From NCBI GenBank assembly GCA_024679065.1, contig JAGIQG010000005.1, positions 44,516,001-44,580,000 on the forward strand: 64,000 bases of DNA, read 5' to 3'. Source of the DNA: Sphyrna mokarran. Lineage: Eukaryota. The notes under the pieces were generated by a model. That model saw nothing but the letters and a program-made list of their open reading frames with translations. It was not told where the DNA came from and searched no databases. Positions 11,941 through 24,939 of this stretch are shown piece after piece. The position numbers and the translations under genes are program-made. Within the stretch, counting starts at the first letter, position 1; each line of letters starts with the position of its first letter.

Positions 11941-14900
11941 TGAAGGGGGAAAATTTGCTAAGGCTATGATGGGGGCGTTAAACTGATTCGGGGGGGGGGT
12001 GGGATCCTAAGTAGTTGGGGTGCTGAGAGGGATGAGAGTAAGGGGGTTATAGAGGAGAGTTGTAAAACACAGCGGCGTACGGGTGGGGTGGAGCATGGTT
12101 TGAGATGCGTATACTTTAATGCAAGGAGTATTCGCAATAAGGGGGAGGAACTTGCAGCTTGGACCAGTACCTGGAACTTCGATGTTGTGGCCATTTCAGA
12201 GACTTGGGTAGAGCAGGGACAGGAATGGATGTTGCAGGTTCCGGGGTACAAATGCTTTAGTCGGAGTAGAGAAGGGGGTAGAAGGGGGGGAGGAGTGGCG
12301 TTAATGGTCAAAGACTGTATCACGGTGATCGAAAAGAAGTTTGATGAGGACTTGTCTGTGGAGGTAGTATGGGCTGAGATTAGAAACAGGAGAGGAGAGG
12401 TCACCCTGTTGGGAGTCTTTTACAGACCTCCTAATAGTTCTAGAGAGGTTGAGGAAAGGATTGCAAAGTCAATTCTGATTAGGAGTGAAAGTAGTAGGGT
12501 AATTGTGATGGGGGACTTTAACTTTGCTAATATTGATTGGAATAGCTATAGCTCTAGCTCGTTAGAGGGGTCAGTTTTCGTACAGAGTGTGCAGGAAGGT
12601 TTTTTGACTCAGTATGTAGATAGGCCAACTAGAGGTGAGGCTACATTGGATTTGGTGCTGGGCAATGAGCCAGACCAGGTGTTAGGCTTGGAAGTTAGTG
12701 AACATTTTGGTGATAGTGACCACAATTCGGTTACGTTCACCTTAGTGATGGACAGGGATAGGCATGAAGCTGGGGGCTGTAGTTATAGCTGGGGGAAGGG
12801 TAATTATGAGGCCATCAGGAGAGAATTAGGGTGCGTAGATTGGACTAGGGAACTACAGGGACTGGGTACATCTGGAATGTGGTGCTTATTCAAGGAGCAG
12901 CTGCTGAGAGTCCTTGATAAGTATGTCCCTGTCAGGCAGGGAGGAAATGGACGAGTAAGAGAGCCTTGGTGTACGAAAAGAGTTGATTTGCTGGTTAAGA
13001 AGAAAAAGGAGGCTTATGTCAGGATGAGGCTTGAAGGCTCAGGTAGTGCAATGGATAGCTATAGATTAGCTAGGAAGGAGGTAAAAAGTGAATTGAGGAG
13101 AGCTAAGAGGGGACACGAGAAGATGTTGGCTGATAGGATTAAGGAGAATCCTAAAGCTTTCTTTCGATATGTTAAGAATAGAAGATTGGTTAGGGCGAGA
13201 TTAGGGCCAGTCATAGACAGCAGTGGGAAGTTGTGCGTGGAGCCTGAAGAGATTGGTGAGGCACTGAATAAATATTTCTCTTCGGTATTCACGCAGAGTG
13301 CTGGAAATGTAGCTGTGGAGAGCACTGAGGTACAGGGTTGCAAATTGGGGAGTATTGTAGTAGATAGGGAGGATGTGTTAGAAATTCTCGAGGGTTTGAA
13401 GTTGGATAAGTCCCCTGGGCCGGACGGGATTTACCCTAGGATTCTCTGGGAGGCAAGAGAGGAGATTGCAGAGCCTCTGGCTCTGATCTTCAGGTCCTCG
13501 TTGGTTACGGGTGTGGTTCCGGAGGACTGGAGGATGGCGAATGTGGTCCCATTGTTTAAGAAGGGGAAGAGAGACCTTCCTGGGAATTATAGGCCAGTGA
13601 GTCTTACTTCTGTGGTGGGCAAGGTATTGGAGAGAATTATTAGGGATAGGATTTATAGTTATTTGGAGAGAAATGAATTGATTGGGGATAGTCAGCATGG
13701 TTTCGTGAAGGGTAGGTCATGCCTTACTAACCTCATTGAGTTTTTTGAGAAAGTGACCAGAGAGGTGGATGGGGGGTAAGGCGGTTGATGTAGTATATAT
13801 GGACTTTAGTAAGGCGTTTGATAAGGTGGCCCATGGAAGACTTCTACAGAAAATGCAGATGTGTGGAATAGAGGGTGATTTAGCTAATTGGATTAGGAAT
13901 TGGCTGGCAGATAGAAGACAGAGGGTGGTGGTTGATGGGAGATATTCATCGTGGAGTTCGGTGACGAGTGGTGTGCCTCAGGGGTCTGTTTTGGGGCCCC
14001 TGCTGTTTGTAATTTTTATAAATGATCTGGATGAGGGTATTGAGGGATGGATCAGTAAATTTGCAGATGATACTAAAGTTGGTGGTGTGGTAGATAGTGA
14101 AGAGGGGTGTTTTAGGTTACAGAGTGACTTGGACAAGTTGCAGAGCTGGGCCGAGAGGTGGCAAATGGAGTTAATGTGGAAAAGTGTGAGGTAATGCACT
14201 TTGGCAGGAACAATAAATGTGTAGAGTATAGGGCTAATGGTAGGGCTCTTAATAGTGTTGGGAAACAGAAGGATCTTGGTGTATGTGTCAATAGATCCCT
14301 GAAAGTAGGCAGTCAAGTGGATAAAGTTGTTAAGAAGGCATATGGAGTCTTAGCTTTTATTGGCAGGGGGATTGAATTTAGGAGCCGCAGCATCATGTTG
14401 CAACTGTACAAAAATCTAGTGCGGCCGCACTTGGAGTATTGTGTGCAGTTCTGGTCCCCACATTATAAGAAAGATGTGGAGGCATTGGAGAGGGTACAGA
14501 GGATGTTTACCAGGATGTTGCCTGGTATGGAGGGCAGGTCCTATGAAGAGAGGTTGAAGGATTTGAGGTTGTTTTCGTTAGAAAGGAGTCGGCTAAGAGG
14601 GGATCTTATTGAAGCATATAAGATGATTAGAGGTTTAGATAGGGTGGACAGTGATAGCCTTTTTCCCTAGGATGGAGAAAGCTAGCACGAGGGGACACAG
14701 CTTTAAATTAAGGGGTATGAGTTATAGGACGGATATCAGAGGTAGGTTCTTTACTCAAAGAGAGATTAGGGAGTGGAATGCCCTGACTGCAGCTGTTGTA
14801 GATGCGCCAAGTTTGGTGGCGTTTAAGAGGTTAGTTGATAAGGATATGGATGAGAAGGGAATGGTTTAGTTAGGAGGGGCATTGCTTTTTATTTTGGTCG

Positions 14901-14960
14901 GCACAACATCGAAGGCCGAAGGGCCTGTTCTGTGCTGTATTGTTCTATGTTCTATGTTCT
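11941..14960 (+). mobile_element. Young CR1 LINE: last codons of ORF1 plus complete ORF2 (APE endonuclease and RT), three single-base frameshifts
   Basis: ORF1 end GGKFAKAMMGALN*. EN motifs YFNARSI, ISETW, YRPP, GDFN, SDH; RT motifs [27 protein letters not shown]. (TTCTATG)n tail. 17-bp TSD AAGTATAGAAT(G/A)TAGAA at 11924-11940 and 14961-14977. Confidence 0.97.
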
Positions 14961-15845
14961 AAGTATAGAATATAGAAAGCAATTTTCCATGGCAATGTCT
15001 CAACCAGTGTGCACTTGACAACAAATTAGCACTCTCTTTGCATGCAATACAAGTAGTTGTTCCCTTTGCATTTGATATTTTTGAGAATTGTCCTGATATG
15101 TGCAAAATGAAAAGCTTCAACAAGATGTCTTTCTTCAGCAATAGTCATATTGGACTTAAAACGTGAACTCTGCTCCTCTCTGCAGACACTGTCAGACCTT
15201 ATTTCAGAATTGAATGTCTTCCTCATTTTCTTTGAGATTGGTTTGTTTTATTTTCCCCCTTTAGTTAGCTTTTGCAGTCTCACTGCAAGGACAGTATACT
15301 ATATTTTAATTTCATATCTGATAAACTGCTGCCAGTTTCTCCTATTTTGTAGCCTTTTCCTCAGGTGTACCCTTCACTACCCTACCTACTTGCACACTCT
15401 TTTTGATTTAATGTCTTTAGTTTTCTTCCCTGTTGCCTCACATAATTTTACACATCATCTAAATATCCTGTTTTTCTTTCACTTCTACATTCTGCTTTCA
15501 TCAGATTCTATTATAGTGTTTACTCAGCTTTCAATCAGCAATTCCAAGGAAGGTCCTGGACCATGACATCAGTTTGACTGCTTTGTGACATATGCTGACT
15601 GACACGTTCTGTCTTGCCAGCATTTTCTGTTTTAATTCAGCATTTCAGTTTCCTTTAAATTTTATTTTCTTATTTTCCTACCTTTTCCTCTGATACATGG
15701 AATTTATACACCAATAGACAAATTATTCATACACCATGCTCTGTGTCCAGCTGGATGAGTTTGTATTTGTCTGCTCCTGTTCTTGTCTATTCAGTTGTAA
15801 CTATAGCCTCAACTATTAACTTCCTGTCCTGTTCCCCCCACTATA

Positions 15846-16981
15846 CTTCAGCAGGGCGTTTGATAAGGTTCCCCATGCAAGACTTCTTGAAAAAGTGAGA
15901 GGGCATGGGATCCAAGAGGCTGTTGCCTTGTGGATCCAGAACTGGCTTGTCTTCAGAAGGCAACAAATGCTTGTGAATGGGTCTTTTTCTGCATGGAGGT
16001 TGGTCACCAGTGGAGTGCCCCAGGGATCCTTGCTGCTTGTCATTTTCATAAATGACTTGGATGAGGAAGTGGAGGGATGGGTTGGTAAGTTTGCCAATGA
16101 CACGAAGGTTAGTGGCATTGTGGATAGTCTGGAAGGTGCAGCGAAACTAGATAGGATACAATTCTGGGCAGAGAAGTGGCAGATGGACTTCAACGCGGTT
16201 AAATGTGTAGTGGTCCATTTTGCAGGTCCAATGGGATGAAGGAGTACAATATCAAGGGTAGGAGTCTTAGCAGTGTAGAGGGGCAGAAGGATCTTGGGTC
16301 TGGGTCCATAGGACTCTTAAATTGGCCTCGCAGGTGGAGGATGTGGTCAAAAACGCATATGATGTGCTAGCCTTCATTAATCGAGGGATTGAGTTGAGGA
16401 GTCGGGAGATAATGCTGCAACTTCTAAGACCCTTGTCAGACCCCACTTGCAGAACTGTGCACAGTTCTGGTCGCCCCACTACAGAAAGATGTGGAAGCTA
16501 TTGAAAGGGTGCAGAGGAGATTTACAAGAATGTTGCCTGGATTGGGTGGCATGACTTATGAGGATAGGTTGAGGGAGCTAGATCTTTTCTCCCCGGAGAA
16601 ATGAAGGTTGAGAAGTGACCTGATAAAGGTTTATAAGATGTTGAGAGGTATAGATAGGGCGGATTCTTGGAGGCTATTTCCCAGGGCTGAAATGGTCGCT
16701 ATGAGAGGACACAGGTTTAAAGTGCTGGAGAGTAGGTACAGAGAAGATGTCAGAGGTAAGTTTTTCACACAGAGGGTGGTGAATGAGTGGAATTGGCTGC
16801 CGTCGGTGGTGGTGGAGGCGAACTCGTTGCGGTCTTTTAACAGACTTCTGAATGAGTAGATGGGATTTAATGGAATTGAAGGTTATAGATAGGCCAGGTA
16901 GGTGGGGATATGATCGGCGCATATTGTGGGCCAAAGGACCCGTTTGTGCTGTAGTGTTCTATGTTTATGTTCTATGTTCTA
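15846..16981 (+). mobile_element. CR1 LINE, 5'-truncated
   Basis: RT C-terminal motifs ([23 protein letters not shown]) and (TTCTATG)n tail. Confidence 0.9.
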
Positions 16982-18097
16982 TTACCTCCAGTGTCCTGCA
17001 ATGATCTGTCCTCAGCCCTCTCCTATTTCTCACCTACATGATGTCCCTCAGTGGCATCATGCACTGACACAGCAGGTTCACATGAATGTAGATCTAGCTC
17101 TAGCTCCACCTCTGAGAGCTGCTCAACTGTTGCTAAATTGTCAGGCTGCATGTTCAACATGCTTCACTGAATAAGCAGAAATGTTGCCGAACAAATATTG
17201 GAAAGATTAAAGCCATTCAATAGCCACCACAAAACCAGCCACAAGCATGACATCTCTTCCTAGCAACTATCAGAATGTAAAATTTGACATCATATTCTGA
17301 CCATGGATAGACTCGACAACCAGGTATAACATACTATTCCTATTATCCTTAGAATGTCAGCCACGCTTCAATTGGTTGCACTATATCTCAGAGTCAGAAA
17401 GTTATGGTCAAAGATAAAAGCAGGCTTCAGAGGGGAGACTGGAGATTAATAAAAAAAATACAGGGCTCGTACCACAATGCCCTGCTGACTCATTATGAGG
17501 AAGACCATGAGAGAGATAGAAATATATTTTAAATTACATGACATAAAGCATTAACTAAGATCAGAATAGGAATCTATTTTGAAATTTTTAAATTTTGAAC
17601 AACATTAAAAAGACAAGATCTCTGATAAAAGCATCATACATCTGTGCCATGCTCCTGTTTACGCTGAATTTTAAAACTGACCAAAATGGTTGCAAAAGAT
17701 GGCCATGTGTGCATCACCTACCTTCTGCAAAATGAAACCTCATCAAGAGGGAGCATTCCAGACTGGTGCTGAATCAAGACATTTTTCTGAAACTACTTCT
17801 CACATTCATGCCTCGATCATTAATGCACACAAAAAATACAAGGATTCCAGCAACGATACCTATGCTACAGTACCGGATACAGGTTTCCAGTCACAAAAAA
17901 CAGCTTTGCCTTTCAAGGCAAATCCGAGATGGATTGGGCACTTTTCAGGGCCAAAAGTGGAAGATTTAGTGAGTTTGCTTGTACAGTGAAAAATCATTTG
18001 ATTTGGGTAACCATTATCCGGCAAGATGCCTTTGAATGAAAATATGCTAACATTGTAAGGTTTTTCTTTATTTTACAGTTATTACTAAATTAAACAT

Positions 18098-18390
18098 TAG
18101 AATAGAATCCCAACAGTGCTGAAGGTGGCCATTCGGCCTGTTGAGCCTGCACCAACAATAATCCCATCCAGGCCCTATCTCAATAACCCCACATATTTAT
18201 CCTGTTAATTCCCCTGACACTGAGGGACAATTTTGCACGGCCAATCAACCTAACCTACATATCTTTGGAGTGTGGGAGGAAATGCAGACACTGAGAGAAC
18301 ATATAAACTCCACACAGACGGTGACACAAGGCTGGAACGAACCCGTGTCTCTGACGCTGTTCGGAACAGTACTAATCACTGGACTGCCTT
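18098..18390 (-). mobile_element. HE1-type (V-domain) SINE with CR1-like tail
   Basis: Reverse complement of the tRNA-like head, GTGTGGAGTTT...CTCCCACACTCCAAAGATATGTAGGTTAGGTTGATTGGCC V-domain, and GGGATTCTATTCTA tail. Confidence 0.85.
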
Positions 18391-19387
18391 TATACTCTTA
18401 TCTAAATCTTTGGGTTCTATGTTATGTAAGTTTCTCTTAGCACAGATTTTAAAAAATGAAATTTTGTGGCTGTGCAATAAAGGTAACTATCAACTAGGCA
18501 TTTTCATAGCTTTTTCATAAGTCATATAGTAAGTCAAATTTAATAAAACTACTTTCAATACAGCTTCTGGGTTGTGTAATAGTACAGATGTAAATTGTCT
18601 GTATTAGATAAAAGGAACAAACGTTCAAGAATAGGTGCCAAGTTCTATACAGAATGTTTTGCATTTCATATTTATATAATGCAAATGATGTAAATGACAT
18701 GGATTACCAGACGTGTAAAATTTCCATATTGAAACAATTAAGTTTGAAGTCTGATGGAAAAAAAAACAAGATTACTACCTTCTTAAAAAAGATCACATCT
18801 GTGCCTCACCATTTCAACTCCAAACATTTGACCTTCAAGAGCAGATACTAATTTGCATAAACTTGCAAGTCAAATTTTCTGTCATTCTTTACCTATCATC
18901 AGAGCACAACATTCTACTATTAGTTTTCTTACAGTTGACCTTCATTGCCTGAGGGCAATATACTTGTCTTCTCATTCAAATTATCCTTTTAATTATACCT
19001 CATAAAATTTATACATTGCAATTCATATAAGCCCATTATGAAAAAAACTTTTCTTAGTAAAACATATCAAAAACAAGCTGCATATTGAACACCCAATAAC
19101 AGATAATGGGCAGGTCCTCTGATCTTGTCCATGGCCTCCCCGATGCAACTGAAAAAGTTCCAGCTAAAACTTCATTAATTTTCAGCGGTACAGGAAAATC
19201 CTAGCCACAAACAAGGACAAAGCTTTTCAGACCATATTTCAATCACACCATTCACACCATAAGCCATTCATTACAAATACATCACCCAAAGGATTTTATT
19301 CTCCTCATATATTAATTTTACCAAAACTTTTTTTTTTGAAAGAAGGAAAGATCTATCAATCACCACACAATTTTCTTTCCCTTCACT

Positions 19388-19710
19388 TTTTTTTATTCAT
19401 TCATGGGATGTGGGTGTCATCAGCTGGCCCAGCAATTACTGCTCAGACATTTCAGAGGGCATTTATGAGCCAATTCCTGCTGGAGTCACATGTAGGCCAT
19501 ACCAGGTAAGCACAGCAGATTTCCAGACATTTGTGAACCAGATGATGAACAACAATCAATGAATGATGGTTTTGTGGTCATCTTTAGGCTTTTAATTCCA
19601 GATTTTTATTAGATTCAAATTTCACTGTGTGGTGGTATTTGAACCACGGTCCTCAGAGCATTGCCCTGGGTCTCTGAATTACTAGTCCTGTGCCAATATC
19701 ACTACATTAT
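19388..19710 (-). mobile_element. tRNA-headed SINE-like repeat, family A (target of the CR1 insertion at 19711)
   Basis: Same family as 856-1200; its last bases (TGCC) resume after 21440. Confidence 0.8.
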
Positions 19711-21432
19711 AGAACATAGAACATAGAACATTACAGCACAGAACAGGCCCTTTGGCCTTCGATGTTGCGCCGACCAATATAAAAAGCAATGCCCCTCCAA
19801 ACTAAACCATTCCCTTCTCTTCCATATACTTATCAACTAACTCTTAAACGCCACCAAACTTGGTGCATCTACAACTGCTGCAGGCAGAGCATTCCACTCC
19901 CGAACCACCCTTTGGGTAAAGAACCTACCTCTGATATCCGTCCTATAACTATCACCCCTTAATTTAAAGCTGTGTCACCTCGTGCTAGCTTTTTCCATCC
20001 TAGGAAAAAGGCTATCACTGTCCACCCTATCTAAACCTCTAATCATCTTATATGTTTCAATAAGGTCCCCTCTTAGCCGCCTCCTTTCTAACGAAAACAA
20101 CCTCAAATCCCTCAGCATCTCTTCATAAGACCTGCCCTCCATACCAGGAAACATCCTGGTAAACCTCCTCTGTACCCTCTCCAATGCCTCCACATCTTTC
20201 TTATAATGTGGGGACCAGAACTGCACACAATACTCCAAGTGCGGCCGCACTAGAGTTTGTACAGTTGCAACATGACGTTGCGGCTCCGAAATTCAATCCC
20301 CCTACCAATAAAAGCTAAGACTCCATATGCCTTCTTAACAACTTTCTCGACTTGACTGCCTACTTTCAGGGATCTATGCACATACACAACAAGATCCCTC
20401 TGTTCATCAAGACTACTAAGAATCCTACCATTAGCCCTATACTCTACACATTTATTATTCCTGCCATAGTGCATTGCCTCACACTTTTCCACATTAAACT
20501 CCATTTGCCACCTCTCGGCCCAGCTCTGCAACTTGTCTAAGTCCCTCTGCAAACTATAACACCCCTCTTCACTATCTACCACTCCACCAACTTTAGCGTC
20601 ATCTGCAAATTTACTAATCCATCCTTCAATACCCTCATCCAGATCATTTATAAAAATTACAAACAGCAGGGGCCCCAAAACAGACCCTGAGGTACACCAC
20701 TTGTCACCGAACTCCACGATGAATATCTCCCATCAACCACCACCCTCTGTCTTCTATCTGCTAGCCAATTCCTAACCCAATTAGCTAAATCACCCTCTAT
20801 CCCATACATCTGCATTTTCTGCAGAAGTCTTCCATGGGCCACCTTATCAAACGCCTTACAAAAGTCCATATATACCACATCAACCGCCTTACCCCCATCC
20901 ACCTCTTTAGTCACTTTTTCAAAAAACTCAATGAGGTTAGTAAAGCACGACCTACCCTTCACAAAACCATGCTGACTATCCCCAATCAATTCATTTCTCT
21001 CTAAATAACTATAAATCCTATCCCTAATAATTCTCTCCAATACTTTGCCCAAAACAGAAGTAAGACTCACTGGCCTATAATTCCCTGGAAGGTCTCTCTT
21101 CCCCTTCTTGAACAATGGGACCACATTCGCTATCCTCCAGTCCTCCAGAACCACACCCGTAACCAACGACGACCTGCAGATCAGAGCCAGAGGCTCTGCA
21201 ATCTCCTCTCTTGCCTCCCAGAGAATCCTAGGGTAAATCCCGTCCGGCCCAGGGGACTTATCCAACTTCAAACCCTCGAGAATATCTAGCACATCCTCCC
21301 TATCTACTTCGATACCTTTCAGTTTGCTACCCTGTACCTCAGTGTTCTCCATAACTACATTTACATCACCCTGCGTGAATACCGAAGAGAAATATTTATT
21401 CAGTACCTCTCCAATCTCTTCAGGCTCCACAC
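19711..21432 (-). mobile_element. Young CR1 LINE, 5'-truncated, same subfamily as 11941-14960
   Basis: Near-identical RT ORFs (20657-21436, 20250-20717, 19975-20250); (AGAACAT)n tail on the + strand; TSD ACATTAT at 19704-19710 and 21433-21439. Confidence 0.95.
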
Positions 21433-23334
21433 ACATTATTGCCTAGGAAGCATTAAACTTGATGCTATGCATTTGGTAATAAACTTGAATGACTTTCTCT
21501 TCAAGAAAAATTTTCCTTGATCATCAAAACACAACCTGGAACTTACAGAAACTGTAAATTCATTGTGAGGTCAATGCAAAGTGGCCAATTAACATAAGTA
21601 TGACTTATTGCAGCTATACCAACTAATAATTATTGAAGTATTGCATAACACCCATCCAGGATGTTTTGGTGGCTGATCATAACATATTTCTTCTTCTTTA
21701 CAATTCCATTTGTGACCGTCCATTGCCATACCTTTTCCTCACCCCAATCTCTGCCATCTCCTCCTACAGTTTGCTTAAGGTCTCCAATCCTTACATTCGG
21801 TATATTTTATCTAAATCTACCTTAAAGTTATTTACACCACTGCTGATCTTTGACCATACTTCTTGTGTTCCTTTTTAACACCTGGGACTCTGCTTCATTA
21901 AATTTCTGGTATTTTGTTTTTTAATCAGTACTGTACAGCTCTGTTGAACTATATTGCATGCTTTGTTGAATTCTGCTCTGCCACTCAGTTTTAAGTTTAA
22001 TATGACCTGCTTCAACCCAAAATGTGAATGATCCATCTCCTGCTGTTACCCATTGGACTTTTGCATTACACTCCAGTGTTTTCCTATCTTTGCTCTTTAC
22101 TCTGTTGTTATTTTGTGACCTTGGCTAAAACATGTTTTCTCCTGGACTAAATGTAATTTCTCTGCCCCTACCAGGTCTTGTTATGATCTGGTGTTTTCTA
22201 CTTTGCACTATCTTCTAGGATACTTCTGTTATAATATCTGCCCTGCTGCTCACTTATGAGCCGAGATTCTTGTCCCTTTTTCAGGCTTTTCACTTTATAC
22301 TGGTCTAATTCTTGACTTCATCATCTTTTGTCAGATTGAATTTAAAAGGTTGTTTCAGTTCCTAGTTCACAGCTGTTTCTTGGCTCAATTACCTCATTTA
22401 TATTGATGCTATGGATACACCCTCCACCCACAGTGATCAAATTTCAGACCTGTTTATTTAGCTCCAAAGTGCTTCGGGGCAACCTGAGGTTGTGAAAGGT
22501 GCTATGTGAATACAGTCTGTTATGCCTTGGCATTTCCATAAAGGCTTATCGAAGCACATATCACTGCTTCATTATGAGCTCATTACTAATAAGTAACCAA
22601 GGTATATATTGAAAACGGTGGGGAGTTTAATGACAAAACATTTAAGAAATTAGTTCCAATGTATACACTGAGGAATTCCTGCAATGATGGCATTGAGCTG
22701 AGATAGTTACAGTCTACGGCTAGTTGTGTGACAGGTGTTGAGAAGGAGTTTTTGCTTATTTTAAAGTTTCTCTGCAAATCAGCTGTTTCTAGGCATAGAT
22801 GCATTTGTACAAATTCCCTTTGGAGCATGACTTGAGGAATGAAGAGGGGTCATAAAGAGGACAAGCCTTTAGCAGAAGGAATAGGAGAAAGGAGGGCTCT
22901 CAGCAGGAAGCCATAACAACCAAGAGTGCTGAATATAATTTTTTTCTCTGAACCTTGATAAACAGTGTGCGATGTTTGGTGTTTTAGCATGAACATCACC
23001 ACTAAAATCTGCCACTTACTCAGACACAACCACAACCACAACCTCTGAACAGGCAAGAACCACATTGCCAGTGATTCTGAAGGTGATCATGGCAATCAAC
23101 ATTTATCTGTTTGATTTCTTCCAGGTTGGAACTAGAAATATTTGTGACATCTCAGTTTTCTGACCATCACTGAGATTCAATATGCAATGAGAGGTAACTA
23201 CATTTCATTCTCTTTTCCCAGAAAGAAGCAAGCAATGTGAGCATGTGACTTCATTAGGACTGTAGGTTTTCCCATGGTGCAGGATGCCATTGCTAAATGC
23301 ATGTTCCGTTGTGAACATCACATCTAGGCAAGGG

Positions 23335-23582
23335 GCAGATGTAGGAAAAATTTCTTCACCCAGAGGGTGATGGCAGTCAAGAACTCACTGTCTAAAAGGC
23401 TGGTAGACACACCCATAACATTTAAGAATTTAGACGTGCACTTGCAATGCCAAGGCACGTAAGGTTATAGGCCAAGTGCTGGAAAACGGGGTTAGAATAT
23501 TAAGGCAATTTATCTTTGACCAGTAATAAACGCAATGGGCTGAAGGATCTTTTTCTGTGCTGTAGATCTCTATGACTCTATG
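23335..23582 (+). mobile_element. CR1 3'-end fragment inserted in the Harbinger transposase
   Basis: AAATTTCTTCACCCAGAGGGTG and TGGGCTGAAGG...CTCTATGACTCTATG tail. Confidence 0.75.
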
Positions 23583-23674
23583 TCAACTCTGTGCTATACT
23601 GAGGGATTTTATTCTGTCAACATTCAGCTGGTGTGTGAATATATGCAGTGAGTCAAGCAAATTTACGATGATGT

Positions 23675-24050
23675 TGCCAGACTAGGGCTTTATTCCTTAG
23701 AATGTAGGAGAATGAGAGATGACCTTATTGAGGTGTATAAAATCATGAGAGGCACCCAGGTAGGATGAATACACAATGTTTTTTTTCCTCAGGATAGGGG
23801 AACTGAAAACTAGAGGGTATAGGTTTATGGTGGAAGGGCAAAGATTTAAAAGGGACCTGAGGGGCAACTTCTTCACACAAAGAATGGTGTGTATACGGAA
23901 TGAGGTGCCAGAGAAAATGGCTTAACAAGCATTTGGATAAATATATGGATGGGAAAGGATGAGAAGGATATGGGACTAGCTGGAAAGGCACCATGGTCAG
24001 CATGGACAGTTGGGCTGAAGGGCCTGTTTTCATGAGAGATTGCTCAATAA
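23675..24050 (+). mobile_element. CR1 3'-end fragment
   Basis: GACCTTATTGAGGTGTATAAAATCATGAG, ACTAGAGGGTATAGGTTTA and GGGCTGAAGGGCCTGTTT. Confidence 0.8.
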
Positions 24051-24939
24051 CTCTTAAGTTAACAATCAATATTTGAGCAACAGTCATAGTCCTTTCATTT
24101 TGCAATTTGCTGAGGCAGCTGCATTCAAATCACTATGGCAAACCATAGGTGGATACTGAACAGGGCTACATGTTGACAACATAGCTGATGCATTCAGTAC
24201 ACAATCCATACACATGTCTACGTGTATACAATGAAAGCAATGCTGTCAGAGGACAAGGGCAGCTGATGCATGGAAACTCAGCACCTGCAAGTTTCCTTCA
24301 AAGCCAAAAAAAAAAAATCAGTGCTATACAATGGGTGAGCATGGCTGGTCAAGGTTGCACACTTTCTGTGAAGGTGACTGCACTGACTCTGGGGGACTCT
24401 CTCAAGTATCTCTGAGCTTTAGGAGTCTCAGATGCAGATTGCACCGTCTTGGCATGGCCAATAGATGTCTGGGCATGCAGTTAACAGTAAATGACAGAGG
24501 GAGGGAGGGAGGAAGAATGATCTCTGCCTGGAGGAAGATAACAGATTTGTGTTCCATGGAGTCACCACAATCCTATTATCAGTTAAAGGATGAATTACTG
24601 AATTGCTTTGACATCCTGCAAACCCCTTTGCTTACTGTGTTCCATGCCATGATGCAGAAGTTTGAGCTTGAAAGACTTGTCCTTGTATGTTTGGCAGTAT
24701 GAGTTTCCATTGTAGCACTCAAAGTGAATGGTGGTAGTGCTGCAACCTCAGCCAATGGCTACAAATCACGGCTAACTCCACAAGTGAGAGAACAGACTGG
24801 CCACGGCTTGCACATTGTAAAGGATAGGGTCAAAGCTCTGTGCAAAGTAATGTGACAAGTTGTTATCACATAACTCCATATTCTTGACATTGCATGCGGG
24901 CTTTTTACTAGGTTTCACAATGCACCATGCATTTTGTAG

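Noticed and set aside
11964-14316. Minus-strand ORFs 11964-12404, 13059-13343, 13378-13698 and 13978-14316
   Set aside because: Antisense shadows of the CR1 ORF2.
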